DNA of 48,782 nt from a virus (taxonomy: Duplodnaviria; Heunggongvirae; Uroviricota; Caudoviricetes): positions 64,001 to 112,782 of IMG/VR virus record IMGVR_UViG_3300025649_000002. One strand, written 5' to 3'. Made by a program: the position numbers and the translations under genes. Below the pieces are notes generated by a model. It was not told the DNA's origin and made no database searches. It saw only the letters and a list, made by a program, of their open reading frames with translations. This document shows, one piece after another, positions 18,179 through 26,513 of this stretch. How positions within the stretch are numbered: position 1 is the first letter of the stretch; each line of letters begins with the position of its first letter.

Positions 18179-19246
18179 CTATTTCTTAAGTTGATGTAAA
18201 ATGTATTGTTCATTCCATAAATCTTGATGTTCCATTGCATAGTGCTTCAATAATATAAACATTTCATCTCGGGGTCTAAAGTATTTCTTTTTATACCATA
18301 ATCTAAATTTATCACTCAATGTCAAGAATAATAAATCTTTAATCTGAATAAAATGTTTAAATCTCAATACTTCTTGTTTCGTTATTAATGATCTCATATC
18401 TCCTTTACATATTTTAATTTTACGGGATAATGGAATCAATGATTCATCATACCATAATGTAAAATGTTCTGGAAATTTTATTATGAGAAATTCAGAATAG
18501 TTTTTATAATCAAATGTTTTTTTATCAAACCAATCTATGAAATGATCTGGGAGATAATAACAGAATGATTGTGTACAGCAATATATTTCATCATCTGGAA
18601 TTATACTTTTATCAAACCAATCCTCAAAATTTTCGGATGCATAATGTGATAAATCTTGAATATAATCTCCAACCGGTACAATATCTTTATCGAACCATGT
18701 ATTGAATTGTTTATTACAAAACATAGTCAATGAACAAACACATTCTTTTCTAGCGATTGTTTGTTCTCTCTCGCCCCATTTATCCCAAAACATTTTAAAA
18801 TGTCTTTGACCAAATGAATCTATCATTGATTCAATTGATTCTTCTGTCCATACAATAAAATTCCAATTTAATATAACTTCTTCAAATGTATTATTAGAAA
18901 TAAACAGGTTAGATGATACTTTCCAATTGAATGTTTCTATATCAAACCAATATTCTTTATATTTCTTACCTACTGAAAATAGTTTGCTATACAAATCATC
19001 ATGATCTTTTGCAATTATTTTTTTAAAATCATCATCCCACCATAGATCAAATTCACTCATATACTTTTGAAAAAATATTTGTATAGATCTTTCAACAAAA
19101 CCACTTTGATTTCTAATACTATAAAATGGGGTCTTCATTCTCATCGCAATCGATTTTCGAAGTGATCTCAATCGTGGAATATCAATCTTATCAATTTTAA
19201 AATCCTGATGTTCTTGAAAGAATTTAATAGTTCCTGGTACTGCCAT
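18179..19246 (-). CDS. Trp/Asp helical-repeat protein
   Basis: About ten copies of [ED/H]F..W[FYW]D at roughly 24-27 aa spacing in the C-terminal half. Confidence 0.65.
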   Translation of the reverse strand: MAVPGTIKFFQEHQDFKIDKIDIPRLRSLRKSIAMRMKTPFYSIRNQSGFVERSIQIFFQKYMSEFDLWWDDDFKKIIAKDHDDLYSKLFSVGKKYKEYWFDIETFNWKVSSNLFISNNTFEEVILNWNFIVWTEESIESMIDSFGQRHFKMFWDKWGEREQTIARKECVCSLTMFCNKQFNTWFDKDIVPVGDYIQDLSHYASENFEDWFDKSIIPDDEIYCCTQSFCYYLPDHFIDWFDKKTFDYKNYSEFLIIKFPEHFTLWYDESLIPLSRKIKICKGDMRSLITKQEVLRFKHFIQIKDLLFLTLSDKFRLWYKKKYFRPRDEMFILLKHYAMEHQDLWNEQYILHQLKK

Positions 19247-19857
19247 TATACAGATCCTCCGTATGGTTTACTATATTTTTCATTAAAGTCCTTCATGTAA
19301 ATTGATTTGGGATTTTGTTCCTCTCTCTTGATATATAGTTCTGAGGATATTAAATATTCAGATTCTTCCATTTCATATATTATATCCCAAATTTTATTTA
19401 CTTCTTTTACATCTGTAAATCTGATATACATATCGACACATAATTCAGAACCTAATGTTGGATTACCAGTATTCACCCATGCAATCTTATTGTCAATAAC
19501 AATAGTTTTCATATGCAATCGTTTGAATATTATTTTCTCAGGATCAGATGGATCCTTAACGTTATTTTTAAAGGCGTAAATTTTAAATCTAGATCCTGGA
19601 GCTTTTTTATATCGAAGAATCATTTCCTGTACACTTGCATGTTTAGATTTTCCGTTAAGTCCTTTTTCTAAATCTGGTTCATTAAAAAATACAATCTTTT
19701 CTTTTGCAAATGATTTTCGAAATGCGATTGCATAATCATTTTTTGTAAACCATCCTGCTGCAATTGCCAATTTATCTTTTGCACCAATTATGTCCTTAAC
19801 AATCATACCATAATCAAATATTTTAATTCCTGGAATATTATAGAATATCTCTGCCAT
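19246..19857 (-). CDS. Phospholipase D superfamily protein, single HKD motif (probable nuclease)
   Basis: LHMKTIVID (HxKxxxxD) followed by NTGNPT, a variant of GSxN. Confidence 0.75.
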   Translation of the reverse strand: MAEIFYNIPGIKIFDYGMIVKDIIGAKDKLAIAAGWFTKNDYAIAFRKSFAKEKIVFFNEPDLEKGLNGKSKHASVQEMILRYKKAPGSRFKIYAFKNNVKDPSDPEKIIFKRLHMKTIVIDNKIAWVNTGNPTLGSELCVDMYIRFTDVKEVNKIWDIIYEMEESEYLISSELYIKREEQNPKSIYMKDFNEKYSKPYGGSV

Positions 19858-19866
19858 TTTATCTCC

Positions 19867-20577
19867 TTAATAAAAATATAAAAATAATACCTCTATGAAT
19901 GGTCTGAAATATACATCATAATATTTCTCGACCTCTATACTTTTCATTGATACGTTAGTTCCTGATTTCATCTCTAATAATCCACGCTTACGGTGCATTA
20001 ACAATCTCTTTTTATTATGTTCTATTAAATAGAAATTAGGATCTTTATTTTCGAATACAAGTTTTCGTATTCCATTCAATTGTTTAAATAGTGATTTTTT
20101 ATTATGAAAATTCAAATCTCTGAATTTCATATACACTTTATCCAATTCAGGATATCTATTTGCAACTCCTTTTACAATGATTTCATCATCAGTTGCTGCC
20201 ATATATTTTGAACGGTCTGGAGTTATAATCATAAAATTATAATGTGCTCTCAGATCCATAGTCATCATACTTGTATTGTTCTTCAATAATTTTTTCAAAA
20301 TACAACCATCTCGTTGTATTAGAACTATATCATCAAGATCAACATTATTGTCTGTCAAATAAAAACTCACAGTTGCTTCTGCTGATTTGTTCATGAAGTC
20401 TGCAAGTCCTGGATTTCCAATTTGTTCCTTACCAATCGCAATGTTTCTTTCCGTTTTATTCTCCCGATCTACATCAGGTAACTTATAATGTACCGAATCA
20501 GCGATTTGTGCATAACAACTTTTAATATCATAAAAATATAAATCTTTTAAAAATAATTCTTCTGTTTGTATTTTCAT
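19867..20577 (-). CDS. Small family-B-polymerase-palm-like protein
   Basis: YDIKSCY resembles motif A (DxxSxY); IQRDG resembles a motif C variant. Only 236 aa. Confidence 0.4.
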   Translation of the reverse strand: MKIQTEELFLKDLYFYDIKSCYAQIADSVHYKLPDVDRENKTERNIAIGKEQIGNPGLADFMNKSAEATVSFYLTDNNVDLDDIVLIQRDGCILKKLLKNNTSMMTMDLRAHYNFMIITPDRSKYMAATDDEIIVKGVANRYPELDKVYMKFRDLNFHNKKSLFKQLNGIRKLVFENKDPNFYLIEHNKKRLLMHRKRGLLEMKSGTNVSMKSIEVEKYYDVYFRPFIEVLFLYFY

Positions 20578-20945
20578 AGACTAGCTCCAAACCATTCAAA
20601 TAATGTTTCCCATTCATCTTTATCTTTAATATTAAATTCCCCAAGATCCCAATCATTCAATAACTTAAATATAATTTTAAACTCAATAATTTCATTTTCT
20701 GTTAATTCTTTAATTATAAGGTTTTCATTGTTTTCTGGTTTATCAATTTCAATCATACATCTACCCCAAGTATCGGGATCATCTGCTTCTGAACATCTAT
20801 CAAAATCTTCACAAACGCACATCCATGATTTATTCTTTTCAGAATATCCTTCTACATAGATAGGCCGAGGTGGTATATATGATTCAGTTCCTTTTTCTGC
20901 TGCTGCACAATCGAATAAATAAAATGTATGTGGTCTAAGGTTCAT
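20574..20945 (-). CDS. Hypothetical protein
   Basis: ATGA overlap; 123 aa. Confidence 0.55.
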   Translation of the reverse strand: MNLRPHTFYLFDCAAAEKGTESYIPPRPIYVEGYSEKNKSWMCVCEDFDRCSEADDPDTWGRCMIEIDKPENNENLIIKELTENEIIEFKIIFKLLNDWDLGEFNIKDKDEWETLFEWFGASL

Positions 20946-21184
20946 AATCCATGCTCCAATTTAAAAAGTATCCATTCTACATCATCGTTTATTTTAGTTG
21001 CATTATGGAAATCCTTTGAGTATACACGACATCCTGGATATTTGAGTCTAAGACATTTTTCATTAAAACATTTTATATTATATTCTACTCCATTTTTAAA
21101 ATTAGTAATTATCTGTATACCTGTTTGTGCATTAACTTCTTCACAATTATATTTATAATATGCGCCTATTTCAAATCCTTTCAT
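20942..21184 (-). CDS. Small protein with ILFKLEHGL tail
   Basis: 80 aa, translationally coupled. Confidence 0.6.
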   Translation of the reverse strand: MKGFEIGAYYKYNCEEVNAQTGIQIITNFKNGVEYNIKCFNEKCLRLKYPGCRVYSKDFHNATKINDDVEWILFKLEHGL

Positions 21185-21459
21185 AATTCATGCTCCAATT
21201 TGAACATTATCATATCTATATCTGAAACAGATTTCATATGTTTCATAACTTGTAAGACACTACGTTTTTTCCATACCCATTCCTTTCTTGTACGACTATA
21301 AAAGAATGTTTTAAATCGTGGAATTTTCACCCCCCCATAATCTCTATATATAACTTCAAATACAATTGATTGAAGATATAAATAATTGTTTGAATTATTT
21401 TTGCTCCAAATGCCAGATTTTCGTTTTACAACCTTTCCTATCCAATCATCATGTTTCAT
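21181..21459 (-). CDS. Small protein with IMFKLEHEL tail
   Basis: 92 aa, translationally coupled. Confidence 0.6.
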   Translation of the reverse strand: MKHDDWIGKVVKRKSGIWSKNNSNNYLYLQSIVFEVIYRDYGGVKIPRFKTFFYSRTRKEWVWKKRSVLQVMKHMKSVSDIDMIMFKLEHEL

Positions 21460-21519
21460 AAATCATACCTCAATTTAAATATGATAGTATCCTCTATTGA
21501 TAATTCAAAGTGATTTCAT
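21456..21519 (-). pseudogene. Frameshifted/deleted remnant of a tail-family ORF
   Basis: AAGGAG plus ATG gives MKSL*; the +1 frame gives FELSIEDTIIFKLRYDL* ending in an ATGA overlap. Confidence 0.5.
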
Positions 21520-21530
21520 ATATCTCCTTT

Positions 21531-21570
21531 AAAAATAGGGGACAGACACTTTGTCCATCCCCCATTTTGG
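21531..21570 (-). terminator. Probable intrinsic terminator
   Basis: Minus strand ggggatggaca-aagtgtc-tgtcccc-tattttt. Confidence 0.5.
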
Positions 21571-21577
21571 TCACATA

Positions 21578-22492
21578 TTAACGTTTGGTATGCATAAGAA
21601 TCAGATCGAGTTTAATCTGATACTCAACATCCGTACATGTTGGACGGAATGTATTGACCTCAGGAATGATCTCTGCGATCGTTGCTTTGTCTTTACAGTT
21701 CTTGTTGAACAGAGTTACTGCCTGTTTCTTCAGAAGAAGTTTCAGGTCATCAGTATCAACATATTTTTCCTCTGCTACAACTTCAGTAACTGGTGTTGCG
21801 GAACCCTTTTTAGTAATAGTACGCATTACAATAGGATGCCCAGATGCATCAAGATCGAACATGACACAATTAGATTTCCTTGTGTAAATACGCTGGTTTG
21901 CTGTAACGATTGCAAGACCAGAATTGTAAACATGAATAGAAACTGCTGCCTCAGGTTTCAGGAGCTGCAGTTTATCAGGTGTATCAATTTTGATGAGTGA
22001 AGCATCTTTTTCCTCATTGGTAACATACATCAGGTACTTGCCAGCAGGAACTGTAGAAATACTCAGATTGATAAGTTTTGCATTAACAACATTGTCCTTG
22101 TTATCAGCGATAAATGAATGCAGATCAACCATGCCCGGAATAACAACAACTTCCTTTTTGACCTTTGGAGTTGCAGCGGCTTTTATGGTTTTACCATCAT
22201 CATCCTCTTCAGGAATAGCGGATCCTGAACCCTTGTCAGTCTCTGATGCTGCTGTTTCAACGGCATCGGTGTTAGTATCAACTACAGGAATTACTGGTGC
22301 CTCAGTGGCTTCTACTGTTGTGTCTGCTACTACTTCTGGATTGTTTTCCATATTATTTACCTCCTCAGTACTGGTTGCGATTGCGGCCATTACATCTTTA
22401 GGTGTTTCCATAGATCCACTTCCGTGAGTATCATTTTCGTAATCACCAATAAGATCAGACAGTTTCAAAGTTTCTTTATTTTCAGTGGTCAT
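21578..22492 (-). CDS. Hypothetical protein with acidic Thr/Ala/Glu-rich low-complexity N-terminus
   Basis: AAGGAG RBS; 304 aa; GC-richer codon usage. Confidence 0.7.
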   Translation of the reverse strand: MTTENKETLKLSDLIGDYENDTHGSGSMETPKDVMAAIATSTEEVNNMENNPEVVADTTVEATEAPVIPVVDTNTDAVETAASETDKGSGSAIPEEDDDGKTIKAAATPKVKKEVVVIPGMVDLHSFIADNKDNVVNAKLINLSISTVPAGKYLMYVTNEEKDASLIKIDTPDKLQLLKPEAAVSIHVYNSGLAIVTANQRIYTRKSNCVMFDLDASGHPIVMRTITKKGSATPVTEVVAEEKYVDTDDLKLLLKKQAVTLFNKNCKDKATIAEIIPEVNTFRPTCTDVEYQIKLDLILMHTKR

Positions 22493-22517
22493 AGTGCTCT
22501 CCTTTTACGTACGTAAA

Positions 22518-23306
22518 TTATAATTTATGTATCTCCTGTTGTGCATGTGAAATATGCTGATAAAACTCATTTCTAAAATCTTCAGGTGTTCTGAACCCAG
22601 TAGGTCCAGTCTCAAAACGACCACTATAGTCAACCATGACAGCACAGGAACCAGGTTGTTTGATTCCTCTTGCAGTCATACAACCATGTTGACCTGTAGC
22701 ACGAACAATAACGCCTACCGCATCAAGTCCTTTTTGATAAATATCTACCAAATCCTTGACCAATGTTTCATGTAAAATCGGTTGCGCTCCATACAATATA
22801 GCAACTCTCGAAAGTTTTGATAACCCGACAACTTTTGATTTCGGGTAGTATCCAATATCAATCGAGTATACTACATTTTCAAAATGATGAGGGCATAATG
22901 AATACACCCTCACTCCCGGCACTACAATAATTTTCTTGTAGTCTGACGGAAATCCAATCTTTAAAATATCACTACACTTCTTTACAGAATTTATTCCTCT
23001 GCATTTTTCAATATAACTTCTCGCAATTCTTTCAGGTGTTCCTTTGAAATTTTCATCATTTTGCCATTCCAATCCAAATTCTTCTTCAAGTCCTTCAAAG
23101 AGGCTTGTCATACCATCTTTGATTTTCTCATTCCCGACAAATTGTGTTTCTGAATATTGAAGTTCATCAGAATATATATTCTGACAACATTCACACAATT
23201 GGTCCATGAAATCCAATTTTTCCATATCTACATATGAATCAACTGTTTCAATTTGAAATACCACACCACATCGTTTGCAATTCGCATCATGTTTAAAACC
23301 CATCAA
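22518..23306 (-). CDS. folE: GTP cyclohydrolase I with N-terminal Cys-rich extension
   Basis: TPERIA, SLCPHH, GLSKL.R, H.CM..RG; N-terminal CKRC...CECC. Confidence 0.92.
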   Translation of the reverse strand: MMGFKHDANCKRCGVVFQIETVDSYVDMEKLDFMDQLCECCQNIYSDELQYSETQFVGNEKIKDGMTSLFEGLEEEFGLEWQNDENFKGTPERIARSYIEKCRGINSVKKCSDILKIGFPSDYKKIIVVPGVRVYSLCPHHFENVVYSIDIGYYPKSKVVGLSKLSRVAILYGAQPILHETLVKDLVDIYQKGLDAVGVIVRATGQHGCMTARGIKQPGSCAVMVDYSGRFETGPTGFRTPEDFRNEFYQHISHAQQEIHKL

Positions 23307-26300
23307 TCATCCTCCTCTCGTACATTATAACCAAGACCCATTGAAAACATGCTAGATTGTAATACCCTTACAGATTGGGAAGTACTATCTTCATCATCTT
23401 TCCATAATAAATGGTCATTTTTAATCATAGACGAAATATATGTATCTCGTTTTTGAATACTGTCTGATTTTATTGTAATAATTTCATTCAGATTTTCTTT
23501 TGCGCCATGACCCACAAGAGACCATATTTCCATTTCACCTAATCTCTGTCCACCTTTACGAACTTTTCCATGTAAAGGTTGAGATGTTTTTGATGTATAT
23601 GGACCTATACCTCTAACGGCACATTTATCTTCTGCAATATGATTCAATTTTTGAAAATACATGTAACCAAATGCTACTTTATTTTTCGTTTGCTTTTTGG
23701 AAATAGGTTCAAAACATGGATCTACATAATTATTTCCAACGTATTCCAATGCGAGTGTTACATCATCTTTCTTAACAGTTTCAAAAGGTATTTGAATAAT
23801 ACAGAAATTATCAAGATCCGACATAAAATCTTCTAATGATGTATTATCTAATTCCAATTGCATTTGTTTCGAATAATAATTCTTACCCGTTTTATCAATA
23901 ATTCGAATGAAACCCATCACATACTCATAAATTTCATCCTTCAAATCATCTGCCATTTCACGACATTGATCTATAACACCCTTCTTTTCTTCAGAAGTTA
24001 CATCCTTATTATCAACCATCAATTTCTGAATTGGTTTCAGACCTTTTTGATACTTCTCAGCAATATTTTCACGAAGAGCCATTGTTGCGCCTGCCATATG
24101 CAATTCAAACAACTGCCCAACATTCATCCTTGATAGAATTCCTAAAGGATTAATAATAATTTCTGCTCTGTTTCCATCTGGTGTTACAGGCATTTTTGCA
24201 TCAGGAACAACCGCAGCAACAATACCTTTATTACCATGTCTATTACCTAATTTATCTCCAACTTTTATTGAACGTTCATAAATTGCAGTAATAGAAACCA
24301 GAACACCTTCAATCGCTTCACCTTTAATTTTGAATCTTTCTTCGTCCTTAGATGATTCATCAATTTCCAAATCAATTAAAAACGTTTCAAGTTCATCCTT
24401 TGTTAAAAAGTTCTTCAATGTACTTACCAAATCTTGTTTTTTACTATTCTGATTCTTAACAAGATTTTTAATATAATGATTGTACTGTTCAATATTGTCA
24501 TTCAATTTACTCACGTATACCTTAACATCAACAACAGTGCAATTTTCATCTACAGTCTTTATAGATTCGGTATCGAATATAACATCAAAATTTCTATCGT
24601 TACCAGTTGAGACTGTTTTGATACGAGCATACGCATCACCCTTTTTCATTCTCTGACCCACTCGTGGTAATGGATCATAACCACCTAACAATTCATCATC
24701 CAAACCTAAAAGAACTTTATCAGGACTAATTTCAAATGTAAGATCTAAATAATGTATAGATGTTAATTTGCCTTCATCCCTAACTTTTTCTGAAATGATA
24801 ACGGCATCCTCATAATTATACCCATACCATGTCATAACAGCAGTTCTTAAATTTCGACCAATTGTAGTCTTACCATCATGAAGGAAATTACTCTCTGAAA
24901 TAATATTTCCTTTTTTGAATCTTTCACCAACTTCAAAATAAGTTTTATAGAAATCAACAATAGACAAACGAGATTTCTTATATCCAATATTGAATGCACG
25001 GCATTTTCTATTATTGTATTGAACTACAATAACATCTTTGTCTTTATAAATCACTGAACCATCACGTTCCGCAATAAATATAAACGATGTATTTTCAGTA
25101 TACATTCCTTCAATACCTGATTGGCACAATGGTAAATCAAACTTCTTCAACATGATACTATGTCTCATCTGAGATGATGCCATCTGCAAACGAGTAGGAT
25201 CATCATGTTCAAGAAAAGGAACATGTAGAATAGAAATTGATACAGGAGTATCTTTCTTTTGATCCGTAAACAAACCATCTGTATCCAATTTTAAATTTGG
25301 AATCAGATATAATAATGTTCCACAATTTTCTCTATCACCTGTATCCGCAGGACAAATTCTTCCTTTCATAGTATGATGAATATCTCTCAAGTATGCAGGA
25401 ATATTATCCTTTTTAAATCCACCAGGACCAGTCATTGCAATACGAGTCAATCGTGCCAATTCATCAATAGGATTGATTGGAGACTCATACTGAATAATAG
25501 GACTTGAATTTGCATTTACAAGAACCACTTTTGAATTATTTGAAAAGGTTGCTGCTTTCGATGACTTCAAAGTAACAATCATATTATAGAAATCTTTACA
25601 TAGAAAACTATACAGATAATACTCTAAAAATCTCAACCTTTTATTTTCTACTGAACAATCATCTAGGAGATTCCGATCAGCCTCTTTAGTCGAATCCTTT
25701 AATTCGAGTGCATGAACCAATTCATCAATAACATTATCAGTGTACATATATTTCTTTGTGAAAATATCTATATCTGCTAAGAGACGTATATTTTCCAAAA
25801 TATCATTTTCACCTCTTCCTCTGAAGAGCTTAGATAATATTTTTCCTTCTACCAGAGTTGGATCAGCAATTGATTTTTTCAAATCCTCAATTAACAGTAA
25901 TATGTTTTCACCAACTTTTGCATTCTCATTATCCAACTTGAAATCAATCTTTACCTGTTCAATTCCTTTCATCGCAATAAGAACATGTGCCAATGGAATT
26001 TTCTTATTGAATATATGAGTTATATAATGAAACCCAGTTTTTGCCGTAAATGATTTTTCTAATTGAACAGACTGAATATTAGTCCTCAATTTAATCATAT
26101 CTTTTCGGGCAATAATAGGTTTATCGAATATTTGCAGAATAGGTATTTTTCTATTTCCACCAACATAGAAATAATTCTGAATCAAATTCGGAATTTCATA
26201 ATTCAATTCAATAGTCTTAGCATCCTTCACCAGAAATTCAATACGCAAGAACTTTGAAATGGTTCTTTTAATTTCTGATAAGGCAGACTTTTTACCTGCT

Positions 26301-26497
26301 ACAAATTCAACTTTTTTCACAATTATATCGTATTGTTCTCCTACCTTTAACATTTCTGTAATCGTTGATACAATCTGATTCTCGTCCCATTCCCGTTTAC
26401 GAAAATTAAAAACATTTCGTTTAGGCAACTTATACTTTTGTAATATCATACTTAGATCTCCTCTTTCAAAAGAAGGGGGATTCTGGAATTTTATCAT
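23303..26497 (-). CDS. rpoB: DNA-directed RNA polymerase beta subunit (phage-encoded, unsplit)
   Basis: HDDPTRLQMASSQMRH, GYNYEDA, GDKLGNRHGNKG, PLGILSRMNVGQ, GGQRLGEME. Confidence 0.95.
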   Translation of the reverse strand: MIKFQNPPSFERGDLSMILQKYKLPKRNVFNFRKREWDENQIVSTITEMLKVGEQYDIIVKKVEFVAGKKSALSEIKRTISKFLRIEFLVKDAKTIELNYEIPNLIQNYFYVGGNRKIPILQIFDKPIIARKDMIKLRTNIQSVQLEKSFTAKTGFHYITHIFNKKIPLAHVLIAMKGIEQVKIDFKLDNENAKVGENILLLIEDLKKSIADPTLVEGKILSKLFRGRGENDILENIRLLADIDIFTKKYMYTDNVIDELVHALELKDSTKEADRNLLDDCSVENKRLRFLEYYLYSFLCKDFYNMIVTLKSSKAATFSNNSKVVLVNANSSPIIQYESPINPIDELARLTRIAMTGPGGFKKDNIPAYLRDIHHTMKGRICPADTGDRENCGTLLYLIPNLKLDTDGLFTDQKKDTPVSISILHVPFLEHDDPTRLQMASSQMRHSIMLKKFDLPLCQSGIEGMYTENTSFIFIAERDGSVIYKDKDVIVVQYNNRKCRAFNIGYKKSRLSIVDFYKTYFEVGERFKKGNIISESNFLHDGKTTIGRNLRTAVMTWYGYNYEDAVIISEKVRDEGKLTSIHYLDLTFEISPDKVLLGLDDELLGGYDPLPRVGQRMKKGDAYARIKTVSTGNDRNFDVIFDTESIKTVDENCTVVDVKVYVSKLNDNIEQYNHYIKNLVKNQNSKKQDLVSTLKNFLTKDELETFLIDLEIDESSKDEERFKIKGEAIEGVLVSITAIYERSIKVGDKLGNRHGNKGIVAAVVPDAKMPVTPDGNRAEIIINPLGILSRMNVGQLFELHMAGATMALRENIAEKYQKGLKPIQKLMVDNKDVTSEEKKGVIDQCREMADDLKDEIYEYVMGFIRIIDKTGKNYYSKQMQLELDNTSLEDFMSDLDNFCIIQIPFETVKKDDVTLALEYVGNNYVDPCFEPISKKQTKNKVAFGYMYFQKLNHIAEDKCAVRGIGPYTSKTSQPLHGKVRKGGQRLGEMEIWSLVGHGAKENLNEIITIKSDSIQKRDTYISSMIKNDHLLWKDDEDSTSQSVRVLQSSMFSMGLGYNVREEDD

Positions 26498-26513
26498 CAG
26501 AATCCCCCTATTA

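Noticed and set aside
17506-18240. Track start of the methyltransferase at 18240
   Set aside because: It overlaps the upstream gene; AGGAG plus GTG at 18168 is the better start.
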